A stretch of 32,000 bases of DNA from Candidatus Saccharimonadota bacterium (lineage in GTDB: Bacteria > Bacteroidota > Bacteroidia > Cytophagales > Amoebophilaceae). Numbering within the stretch: the stretch's first letter is position 1; each line of letters starts with the position of its first letter. Under the pieces are notes generated by a model, which did not search any database, had not been told where the DNA came from, and worked only from the letters and a program-made list of their open reading frames with translations. The position numbers were made by a program, and so were the translations under genes. Of the stretch, positions 9,501-18,000 are shown one piece after another. Location: contig NZ_OZ034918.1 of the NCBI RefSeq assembly GCF_964030745.1, forward strand, positions 720,001 through 752,000. Reading direction: 5' to 3'.

Positions 9501-10067
9501 ACTGAAAAAACAAAATTGATAAACATCTGTTAGCGCTACAGACCTGGCCCCACCTAAAATAGTGTAAGCCGTAACTAGTAGGCCCAAAATAACTGTATAG
9601 TAATTAGAATATGCTGGTGCATTACAAGAAGTAATAGATTCAATAATAATTAAACTAATCTTAAACTGAGCAGAAACTTTAGCTATCGTTACTACAATAC
9701 CAAATATAGCTGTAAGAATTCGCACTGATCTCCCACATAGCCTACCCATAGATTCAGCAATGGAATAATCTCCTAGCCACTCTTTCATTCTAACAATAAT
9801 GAACCGAGAGGCTAAATAAAATCTAAGTGGACTACCTAGACTTAGTATTAACATATATAATCCTTGATAGTAATAACCAGTTAGTTGAGTATGTAAAAAA
9901 TTCCCTCCATATATGGTAGCTATTAAAGAGATAGTAACTACCCAAGTGGACATATTTCTACTGCCAACTGCATAGTCTTTAAATGTAGTAACTGACTTAC
10001 TACAGTATAATCCTATTGCCAGTGTAGTGACTAAGAATATTATTATGATCAATAGGTCGATATCCAT
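6600..10067 (-). CDS. multidomain membrane protein: sodium:solute symporter (SSS/SLC5)-like domain + ~6 extra TM helices + histidine-kinase-ATPase-like region + RelA/SpoT-type HD (alarmone hydrolase) domain
   Basis: 1155 aa, one uninterrupted ORF. The N-terminal ~480 aa are polytopic and SSS-like (TTFKDYAVG, GGARSVALTDVYQF). The C-terminal 165 aa (nt ~6603-7097) match the RSH hydrolase domain: RKSGDPYYTHPMGVA, AALLHDVVEDT (HD codons at 6960-6965) and VQIKLADRLHNLRT. No synthetase domain follows. Confidence 0.8.
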   Translation of the reverse strand: MDIDLLIIIIFLVTTLAIGLYCSKSVTTFKDYAVGSRNMSTWVVTISLIATIYGGNFLHTQLTGYYYQGLYMLILSLGSPLRFYLASRFIIVRMKEWLGDYSIAESMGRLCGRSVRILTAIFGIVVTIAKVSAQFKISLIIIESITSCNAPAYSNYYTVILGLLVTAYTILGGARSVALTDVYQFCFFSVCLPILTFTLLYNSKNQWINWQKFVNMSQFNLSQVATWDISPTWDNSLVHLFTYFIWHSIFTFDPAQIQRFYMSSSIQQATKVFFKSGTIRIVFSLLFLVVIAALYTSGNSIPPKQKILDYIMQLNHFPGIKGLLITSIIALCISTVDSYLHTGSVLFANDIWPFITGSRERTDKYSLRVVRISSGLIGIATILITLHMSNIRQFLNKVFYFYTPSVTVPMIMACFGFRPRSAAVLWSMGINTAMTVYHIFIKGQPIRERDVFLSLIYGASILLILHYLLPKKPNTGWVGIPDDSPVKLQNQETKRWWLRKLYYFQSIFTISYWKDIFPKSATTFIASGIYFIVYNAILLFYVKQVYLFPYIYWYISVMAIGTVITIYPTLHAYKQEGNSLLHGLWPIVLYGVLFISGITYMKLSHFEPMACAMFIINIGISSLLLPYTITIIMLSVVLLIYKWIPPHLDLVSCKEWITTETMIGLTILLSCLVYRYLRNKVNRQLQTIALTRICDQQYTLASLHNQENWNRLDPTYSGKVLQDIADELGIHAKNLPIEKHQKQLYVFRQSLLKRAKEEHTYTLDSKSIHKVDIEKLILKSYETVRKLDIPIQLLLTKKTKEKYLLTDPTIFERLLTINFLNLCQSKYTIDHTVYLTISDTLLSYPFPEPNQVSIYSTSEKQLSAPILPALAFSISTDTDNPNIAPTYVITDKINSYFVPKTINNLYQEESRKIVQAHGGYIETIETESGLACFYILPIDGKKVMQFKRYHTDDLSNKLAETDASLTQEKELISLLVSNTTLTEQKVKATIHFIKQAHGNVIRKSGDPYYTHPMGVAKIVLEATKNAETILAALLHDVVEDTIVTLEQIELLYGMEVAYIVDMVTHYNTYGLRWKLDKSDNQNILNKCKDIRVVQIKLADRLHNLRTIAARKLEDQKRIAKDTMDFYIPWSQKNNILTWLSEMENICNQILNGSVH

Positions 10068-10208
10068 GGATTATCTGTATTTATTGTTTTTAGTGCAACA
10101 CTATAATAAAATTTATTGAATACTTCCATCCTTCATGGTAATGGCAGATAATATTCATTTAATTTTTGTATTAAATGTTATGATATATGTATATACATAT
10201 ACTATATA

Positions 10209-10943
10209 GTGGATAATAGTCAGATTAAAAAAATCCTATTTGCTATGTTTCGTTTATTTATACTTTTTTATCTATGTCTTGTTTCTTGCAGCTGTATAAC
10301 GAATAAACCTAATAGAAAATCAATTCCTAGCCAAGCACAGTTAGAATATGATTCAACAGTGTGTAGTTACGACAGTAGCACTATACTTGCAAGAAGATTA
10401 AAAAATAATCTAAAGGCCAGTGTTGGTGTTTTGCTTTGTTATACTAATGACAAACAAGAAAGTTTTGTCTTATTAGGTAGAGAACGAGTAGGTAAACGTG
10501 ATGGGGCAACATGGTGTGAATTAGGTGGAAGTGTAGAAACAGGTGAAAGTTTTTTAGAAGCTGCTATTCGCGAATCAAAAGAGGAAAGTGGAGGCGTATA
10601 TCAATTGGATCCAAATGATTTATTGAATAATGGAGTGGTTTGTTATAATAAATATAAACAAAAGGATGGGCGTATTAGAGAAGAAGTATATATTTTACTG
10701 AATATAAATAATTATTATCCTTCTGATGTATTATGTAAAGCAGTCAATCGGCAAAATAAGGATACTTATAGGGAGAAAGATGACTTCAAATGGGTTTCAT
10801 GCACTAGTTTATGCACAATCGATCACAATCCTTGTATATTAACAGATATAGATGGTAATGAGCATACGTTTACGCTAAGAAAGTTTTTCTATGAAGCATT
10901 GAAAAGAGATTCATTTCGAATGAAATTATTATATGTAATGTAG
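10209..10943 (+). CDS. NUDIX hydrolase with an N-terminal lipoprotein-type signal peptide
   Basis: NUDIX box GSVETGESFLEAAIRESKEESGG fits Gx5Ex7REUxEExG. The N-terminus MFRLFILFYLCLVSCSC has an L-V-S-C lipobox. The listed start is GTG 10209; an alternative ATG is at 10245. Confidence 0.75.
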   Translation: MDNSQIKKILFAMFRLFILFYLCLVSCSCITNKPNRKSIPSQAQLEYDSTVCSYDSSTILARRLKNNLKASVGVLLCYTNDKQESFVLLGRERVGKRDGATWCELGGSVETGESFLEAAIRESKEESGGVYQLDPNDLLNNGVVCYNKYKQKDGRIREEVYILLNINNYYPSDVLCKAVNRQNKDTYREKDDFKWVSCTSLCTIDHNPCILTDIDGNEHTFTLRKFFYEALKRDSFRMKLLYVM

Positions 10944-11077
10944 TTATAAAGGAGGTACATAAACATAACGCATAATTTGTTTCAATAAATATATAGAAAG
11001 GATTTCCAAATATAATTTATCACATAATGGATTTAATAGGTACCTAATATTGAAGTTATACAAATAAACATTACAAA

Positions 11078-11512
11078 ATGAAAGACTATACTTTACAAGT
11101 AACAGCTAGAGCGCTAATAGTAAAAAATAGGCAATTACTACTTGTTAGTAATGATTATAAGCTTTGGTATACACCTGGCGGGCATTTAGAACCAAGTGAA
11201 ACGCTTCCAGCGTGCATGGTAAGAGAAGTAAAAGAAGAAACTGGACTTGATGTTAAACCAAACCAAATTGTCCATGTTGCAGAATTTTTTGATAAAAAGT
11301 ATAATGCACATAAGATAGAGGTCTATTTTTCCGCAGAAATAGATGTAAATGAGCTGCCTAAAAATTGGTCAGATAAAGATGGTCCAGTTACAACCTCTCA
11401 ATTTTTTGATGTTGAAGCCTTAAAAGATATCCATGTTGTACCAGCCTTTTTAAAAACAGGTAAATGGTCAAATTTTGATCTTGATGTTTATCAAGGATCA
11501 GAAAAGAGATAA
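11078..11512 (+). CDS. NUDIX hydrolase (cytoplasmic, MutT-like size)
   Basis: 144 aa. NUDIX box GHLEPSETLPACMVREVKEETGL is a perfect fit to Gx5Ex7REUxEExGU. Confidence 0.85.
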   Translation: MKDYTLQVTARALIVKNRQLLLVSNDYKLWYTPGGHLEPSETLPACMVREVKEETGLDVKPNQIVHVAEFFDKKYNAHKIEVYFSAEIDVNELPKNWSDKDGPVTTSQFFDVEALKDIHVVPAFLKTGKWSNFDLDVYQGSEKR

Positions 11513-11533
11513 AGTTATATCAGATATAAAAAT

Positions 11534-12141
11534 TGTAGTAGTTGATATTTAATCTGCCACGTGGAGGGTAACAACCTATACGAATCACACACTTAGTTGG
11601 ACCATAGGCGTCAAGTTAAGTCTATGATTTGTATAAACGTTGAGTAGTATAATGGACTGAATAATTCGGACAAAAATTTTTCACTTTATTTTCGTATCTG
11701 TTCAACACTATGGCCATAGTGATAAAATGCCCCTGTAAAAAGTTTCGAAATAGAAGCCACCCCTTGCAGATGATTGGGAAAAACAGATTCCTTTGAAGCC
11801 CGCGTAGCGGGCGACTTCTGTTTTTCCATCTGTAAGGGGTGGGTTCCGGAACTTTTTGCCGAGGGCTTGATTTTTTGTCCACTTTTTTATCAAGAAAAAA
11901 GTGGAATACAATTCATTATTAACCAGTGACGTGAATAGATACTTATTTTCCGTATGTTTTAGTTTTAAACTGGCTAATATTATTTATACAACTGAAAACC
12001 AATTGTATAATTTTTAGGTTAACAGCATTGAGTGAACGATAGTTGAGAAATATGTAAATAACAAAAAATAGTTACCTGCTTAACTAGAAAAAGCAGATAC
12101 CTAATTTTTACTGATTGTCAGATTAAATATCAATTTCTACA
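11534..12141. mobile_element. 608-bp transposase-less element bounded by IS481-type ends (deletion derivative or MITE-like)
   Basis: Left end TGTAGTAGTTGATATTTAATCTG (11534-11556) is identical to the IRL of the 1266-2455 IS. The right end ...CTAATTTTTACTGATTGTCAGATTAAATATCAATTTCTACA (to 12141) matches its IRR plus ~15 nt of subterminal sequence, with a few mismatches. The interior has no transposase and no clear TSD. Confidence 0.65.
11710..11933 (-). repeat. copy B of a ~230-bp structured MITE-like repeat (inverted relative to copy A at 31274-31507)
   Basis: The reverse complement aligns along its whole length with 31274-31507 (CACGTCACTGGTTAATAATGAATT...GGCCATAGTGTTGAAC), with roughly one substitution per ten bases. 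Confidence 0.8.
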
Positions 12142-12158
12142 AAGGACGATTTGGGGAT

Positions 12159-14627
12159 TTACTCTTTGTGCGGCAACCGTCCTAAGATTTCATTTAAGCT
12201 TGCCTCATCTGGCACCAACACTTCTCTAGCTTTGCTGCCCTCAAAGGGGCCTACAATACCTGCCGCTTCCAATTGGTCTATAAGTCTTCCAGAGCGGTTA
12301 TAGCCCAACTTCAGCTTGCGTTGGATCAAAGAAGTACTGCCCTGTTGGTGCAATACAATCAACCTGGCCGCTTCTTCAAATAAGGGATCCGTTGCCTGCA
12401 AATCTACAGATACCATATCCTCTTTATCCTCTTCATCGTAAGTAGGTAACATATAGGCAGATGCATAGCCTTGCTGTGCACCAATATAGCTGCAAACACG
12501 TTCTACCTCTTCTGTATCTAAAAAGGGCGTTTGCAAACGAATGATATCAGAATTCATGGAAAGCAACATGTCTCCATTGCCTACCAATTGCTCCGCACCA
12601 CTCGCATCTAAAATCGTTCTAGAGTCAATCCGTGAGCTTACTTTATAGGAAATCCTAACAGGAAAATTCGCTTTGATAATACCTGTAATCACATTCACAG
12701 AAGGCCTTTGTGTAGCCAAAACAAGATGGATGCCAATGGCACGTGCCAATTGGGCCAGTCGTGCAATGGGTACCTCTATTTCCTTACCTGCTGTCATCAT
12801 CATATCGGCAAACTCATCTATCACCAATACAATATAGGGTAAAAAACGGTGGCCTTCTTGAGGGTTTAGTATCCTTTTTATAAACTTTTCATTGTATTCT
12901 TTAATATTACGTGTGCCCGCTTCCTTTAGTAGTTCATAGCGGTGGTCCATTTCAATGCATAAAGAATTCAAGGTATGAATTACCTTTTTGGTTTCTGTAA
13001 TAATCGGTTCTTCACTGATCGGTAATTTGGCTAAAAAATGACGTTCTAATTTGTTATAGAGCGAAAGTTCTACCTTTTTAGGGTCTACCAATACCAGTTT
13101 TAATTGGGAGGGATGCTTTTTATAAATCAAAGAGGTCAATAGCACATTGAGCCCGACAGATTTGCCTTGCCCAGTAGCACCTGCAATAAGTAGATGAGGC
13201 ATGCGGCCTAAATCTGCAATAAACAGCTCATTAGAGATACTTTTACCCAATACAATAGGTAAATCCATCTTCCCTTTTAAAAACTTTTCAGAGGCAAGCA
13301 TCTCCTGAAGCGGTACGACTTCTCTATTTTTATTGGGTACTTCAATGCCAATGGTGCCTTTCCCTGGTATGGGCGCAATGATACGAATCCCTAACGCAGC
13401 TAGGTTGAGGGCAATGTCGTCCTCCAGGTTTTTTATCTTGGAAATTTTTACCCCTGCTTCAGGTACAATTTCATAAAGGGTAACGGTAGGGCCAATAGTA
13501 GCTTTAATTTTGGCAATATTAATCTTAAAGTTTTGTAGGGTTTGTACAATATTGTTTTTATTGATAGCCAACTCTTCCTGTGTAACAGATAGCTGTTCTT
13601 GTTCATATCGTTCCAATAGATCTAAAGAAGGATATTTGTAGTGCGATAGGTCTAAGGTTGGATCGTAGTTTTCGCTTCGAATATGGGGCATTGTCGAAGG
13701 TGTAGGAGAGGAGGAGGCTTGAGGCAGTTTTTTAGAGGATGGTTGAGGGGCGACTACTTCAAAGTCTATATTGCTTTTGTCAGGCGTTTCTATACTGATT
13801 TTCAGATTTGTATCTGCTGCATCTGTAGGGGTAGGTTCGCTGTCATTGATTTTTTTTTTACTAGATGGCGGCTCACTTTCTGATTCAAATGGATCACTTT
13901 CTCTGTTATTTTCCTCTTTGGGTGAATATCTATGCTCTTTTTGTGTATGTTTCCGTGCAAATAAACGAGGTGACGGAAAAGAAGTTACATTGAAAAATAT
14001 CACCATGAAGATGAGCAAGGCAATAAAAAGCAAGATAAAAGTGCCATAGCCTAATAGTCCTTTAAATAACGTGCCAAGCGTATAGCCCACTCCTCCTAGA
14101 TGGTTAGCCAGTAAGGTGGCAGTTGGGTAGAGTGTGTATAGGTAGCCTAGTAAAATATTGAACCATAATACAAGAAAAATAGAAGCCATCATCACTTTTA
14201 ATAAGGAAAGGTGAGGACAAATTTTTTGTGTGACCATTTTTATGCCTGTTAAAAATGGAAAAGGCAAAAAGATAAAAGCGGTGATGCCCCACCAGATATG
14301 GATACAATAATAACTTATAAAAGCACCCGTAAAACCCAGCCAGTTGGAAATAGCCAGACTAGATGCCTTGAAACCTAAAGACCGAAAAGATTCAATAAGA
14401 TGCTGATCTTTAGCGCCATGAATAAGATGCGACAGGAAGGAAAATGCTAAAAAAATACTAATCCCCTGTAGAAAAAATCCAATGGTTATTTTAGTACGTT
14501 GGTCTAATATAAATGGCTTGGATGGAGCACTTTTTTTAGGCGTAGCTGGCTGAACTTTATAATTATTTGGGGCCATTGAATAAACAAAAGAAAAATAGGA
14601 TACCTCCAGTAAGGCAAAATTAAGCAA
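12159..14627 (-). CDS. ftsK: DNA translocase FtsK
   Basis: N-terminal TM helices, a Pro/Ser/Lys-rich linker, Walker A GATGQGKSVGLN, Walker B VLVIDEFADMMM, and a C-terminal gamma domain GSTSLIQRKLKLGYNRSGRLIDQLEAAGIVGP. The real start may be MAPNNYK at 14576. Confidence 0.9.
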   Translation of the reverse strand: MLNFALLEVSYFSFVYSMAPNNYKVQPATPKKSAPSKPFILDQRTKITIGFFLQGISIFLAFSFLSHLIHGAKDQHLIESFRSLGFKASSLAISNWLGFTGAFISYYCIHIWWGITAFIFLPFPFLTGIKMVTQKICPHLSLLKVMMASIFLVLWFNILLGYLYTLYPTATLLANHLGGVGYTLGTLFKGLLGYGTFILLFIALLIFMVIFFNVTSFPSPRLFARKHTQKEHRYSPKEENNRESDPFESESEPPSSKKKINDSEPTPTDAADTNLKISIETPDKSNIDFEVVAPQPSSKKLPQASSSPTPSTMPHIRSENYDPTLDLSHYKYPSLDLLERYEQEQLSVTQEELAINKNNIVQTLQNFKINIAKIKATIGPTVTLYEIVPEAGVKISKIKNLEDDIALNLAALGIRIIAPIPGKGTIGIEVPNKNREVVPLQEMLASEKFLKGKMDLPIVLGKSISNELFIADLGRMPHLLIAGATGQGKSVGLNVLLTSLIYKKHPSQLKLVLVDPKKVELSLYNKLERHFLAKLPISEEPIITETKKVIHTLNSLCIEMDHRYELLKEAGTRNIKEYNEKFIKRILNPQEGHRFLPYIVLVIDEFADMMMTAGKEIEVPIARLAQLARAIGIHLVLATQRPSVNVITGIIKANFPVRISYKVSSRIDSRTILDASGAEQLVGNGDMLLSMNSDIIRLQTPFLDTEEVERVCSYIGAQQGYASAYMLPTYDEEDKEDMVSVDLQATDPLFEEAARLIVLHQQGSTSLIQRKLKLGYNRSGRLIDQLEAAGIVGPFEGSKAREVLVPDEASLNEILGRLPHKE

Positions 14628-14922
14628 ATCCCAATTCTAACTTAGCTGCTTGAGACATTCGATCTATTGTATAAGGAGGCTCAAAGGTAATATCTACCTT
14701 TACTTCATGCACTCCTTCTATCGCTTTAATCTTTTCTTCTACTTGGCTAGGTATGATATCTGCTGCTGGACAATTGGGAGAAGTAAGTGTCATTAAGACC
14801 TCAATGTTATTGAGCGGCAAGATGGTAATGTCATAGATAAGTCCTAGTTCATAAACATCTACTGGTATCTCTGGATCATACACTTGTTTAATAGCTGCTA
14901 TAATTTGTTCTTTTTGAATCAT
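14620..14922 (-). CDS. DUF59 / SufT-like Fe-S cluster assembly protein
   Basis: 100 aa. VYDPEIPVDVYELGLIY...LTSPNCPAADIIPSQVE is the typical DUF59 (MIP18/PaaD-like) pattern. Confidence 0.75.
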   Translation of the reverse strand: MIQKEQIIAAIKQVYDPEIPVDVYELGLIYDITILPLNNIEVLMTLTSPNCPAADIIPSQVEEKIKAIEGVHEVKVDITFEPPYTIDRMSQAAKLELGFA

Positions 14923-15061
14923 AATGATGATAGATTTGAATACCCCACCCTTGCGAAACCAAAATTACCATTAGAAGTAGGCTTTAAAAGAGGTCCAAGA
15001 GTGAATGCGCTGCAATATAACCAATCATCTCTAAAAAGGCTACCATCTGTTTACATAGTAA

Positions 15062-18000
15062 CTAACTGCTTGTATCCCTTTTGTTATTTTTTTCGATACT
15101 GTTTCCTACCTTCAGAGCCTTTTTAGCTGCTACTTCTAATACTGTGGCTATCTCTGGGCCTAAGTACGTATTGGCCAGTTTCACATCTATAGCCAATGTT
15201 TCTTGTGCCATATGTTGCACCTCTGTTGGATGGATATAACCTGCTGCATGGCGTAGGTCATAGAGCCGTTCTGCCAGTTTAATAAATAGAACAGAAAGCT
15301 GTATATGTTCTTCCTTGATCGCTTCTTTCAGTCGATTCTGCACATATAGCAAAGAAGGATGGTCTAGCGATTGCCGTTTATCGATCCCTACCACATTCAA
15401 GACAAAAGCATAGACGCCTAAGTTATAATGTTCCTTGACATAAGAAAGCGGTAAACAGGTACGACGCACCAGTTCATACAACAAAGCAGCATAGATTACT
15501 TTAGGAGAGTGAAAAGCCCACTCTACTACCAATTCAGCAATCCCTACCGCCCGCACATAAAACAATTGACCAGAAGCATGTCGTTTAAAACCAAAATGTT
15601 GCCTCAGCAATAAAAGCAATCCAGAAATAGTGCCCACATCCACAGGATCCATCTGATAAGAGAACTTGCAAACATAGTCATGGAACTTCATGAGTACCAT
15701 CATCGAATCGGCTTGCTCCTTAGGGGTGGCGGGTGCTTCTAAGGTTAAGGCATCTAGAGGGAGTGTAGTAGTCATCCTACCTAGGATATCTGTGACATCA
15801 TTAGGCAATACCAACAGCATCGAGGGGTGCTTTTTTCCACCCAACGTTTCCCAATAGCCATAATGGGCACCAACAATACTGGATAAGGTTTCCTGTTGCA
15901 AGTCTATAGAGGGTGGTGTTTCTGGTTTACCTTGAGGGTCGATCGCATCTATGGCATCGCCATAGGTCTGCTTCACTTTAGGTAGTGTTTCAGGAGCAGC
16001 AGTAGCCTGGCTGATTACCAAAGCCGTAGCTTGAAAAAGAATGCATACAGGTTGGCTGCCATCAACAGGATCGGCTAGCTTAAACTGCAAAGCAGTCGAA
16101 TGGAGTTGTATCCGCACAACGGGTCTAACCGCCTCCTGTAGCTTACCGACACGTAAAACAGCCTTAACCAATAAGTAGACTACTTGATGGATATCACATA
16201 CCATATAAGGGGATGCCCCCCCATTGGCACTAGTTATGGTTTCTACCAGTAGTCTAGGTGGATCAGTCACCTCTTGCGACAAGGCCAACTCTACCTTACG
16301 TATTAACTTATCTAATGTGATCTGCGTAGGTTGCAACAGTGCATGCTTTTTAGCTTTAGCCCTTCTATTGAAGTAGGCCGCCCAATCGTAGAGCTTATTG
16401 ATAATACTTTGAAAGTCCTGTTTATAAAGCGGAATATTGCTATCTAAAAAAGAAATAGATTCCTCAATCTTACCTATTACCTCCGTTAGAATGGCACCAT
16501 ACCCTTTGGCCTTACCAACCGTAGGCCCTGCAGCTGCATCATAAAGAGAGGCTTTGAGTTGCTGGGATTTTCTTATTTTTTCATGATTTTCAAGGTAAAG
16601 AATTTTATTTATGTAAATATTTTGGTTGACTTTAAACCAAATAATAATCGCAACGATTAATAGGCTCACCACAAATAGTGGCAACAAGGTACACAACATG
16701 GGCAGCGTAAATCCCACGGAAATAGGATAAAGCGCCAGTAGTAATGTACCAGTTACAACCCCTATACCCAGATAGAGGGGAAAGAGCGATAAGATTACCG
16801 CACAATGGGCCAACGACAAGGATGTGGTAAAGACCGGGTCTACCAGGTTCCACCAGTGCTCAAGTAGATTTACAGGGAGGTAAACCGCTAGTCCTATTAG
16901 CCAACACACACCCATGCACCAAGCTGGAATGGTTTTGCTAAAAAAGGTTTTAGAAGAGGTAAAAAGCGCCCCCACAAGGACTTGACAAATCGCCCAATAG
17001 ATGTGATCGGGCCTAATAAACCAATAATCTAGAATAGCAGTAGCGACCATATATAGACCTATTAAGCGTATGGTACGATCACTGGGCATCAGTTTGAGTA
17101 AAATAGCTTTTTTATTGGTCCAGCCATTTTTAATAGCTTCTTTTCGTTCCACACGTTTGCGTCTATGAGCTTGTTGGAGTTGTTTAAACTGGTAATCCGG
17201 ATCCATCCACCCCGTGTCTTTAGGTTGTTTAAATAAATGGTGGGCTGCCATCATAGCTAGGCCATTTGCTACCATAGCAGGGAAAGAGCCATCCATACCT
17301 GTTGAAGGTTTAACCCATTTGTTCCAAGCTACAATAGCCAGTCCACCTGTTGCCATACCGACTAAAGCAGTACGAGTAGTCCCTCGAAAACCAAAAGCAG
17401 CTAAGATAAAAGGAGCTGTTACGATAGGTATAGAGCAGTTAAGGGACCAATACAGTAATTTTAACAGGTCTTGATTTTTAAAAGCTAACAGCATAGCCAA
17501 TAGACCCACCACTAATGTAGCCCGTCTAGCTATTTTAAGTTGATAGCCATCTGTAATTTCTTTTCCTTTTTGTAGACTTTTCACGATATCATGGCCAACC
17601 ATAACAGAGCAAGCATTTAAGCAAGAATCAGCTGTGGACATTGCCATAGCCAGCAAACTAATGGTCACAAATCCTTTAAAAAAAGGAGGGATGTGGTTCA
17701 TTATATATTCCAAAATTGCTTCCTTCGGTAAATCTGGTGCTTTTACAAAAACAAATAGACTTATTAAAGTGATAAAAGAAGTTATAACAAGGCTAAAAAG
17801 AGTAGCATATGAAAAAACTTTCTGAGCCTGAATAGGGCCAGAAGCCATATACACCCGTTGCATAGTGTGTGGACTTACTCGAGATGTTAAAGCACTTAAC
17901 ACACGCAACAATAGCGCTATGAGTATGGTATAGCCATGGAGTAGACTACTAAATTGAAATTTAGTATGGCCTTGTAGCATAGGAATAATGGTTGCAGCTG

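Noticed and set aside
11622-11911. ORFs 11622-11882 and 11708-11911 (minus) and their counterparts 31325-31552 and 31447-31641 (plus). They encode similar MDKKSSPRQKV..PTPYRWKNRSRPL peptides.
   Set aside because: The nucleotide similarity extends beyond both ORF ends. The region is a symmetric long hairpin, most differences between copies change the amino acid, and the C-termini diverge completely. This is better explained as a non-coding MITE-like repeat that happens to be open.
13683-14307. Small ORFs inside ftsK (13683-13883, 13771-14049, 14104-14307)
   Set aside because: They are embedded in or antisense to the confidently assigned ftsK coding sequence and have no independent support.
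16632-17825. Small ORFs within the 15062-18613 gene (16632-16853, 17214-17474, 17634-17825). Analogous ones lie within the NTT gene (30013-30600) and the 26452 gene (26917-27108, 27870-28061).
   Set aside because: They are alternative-frame or antisense ORFs inside long, well-supported genes, and are short and compositionally biased.
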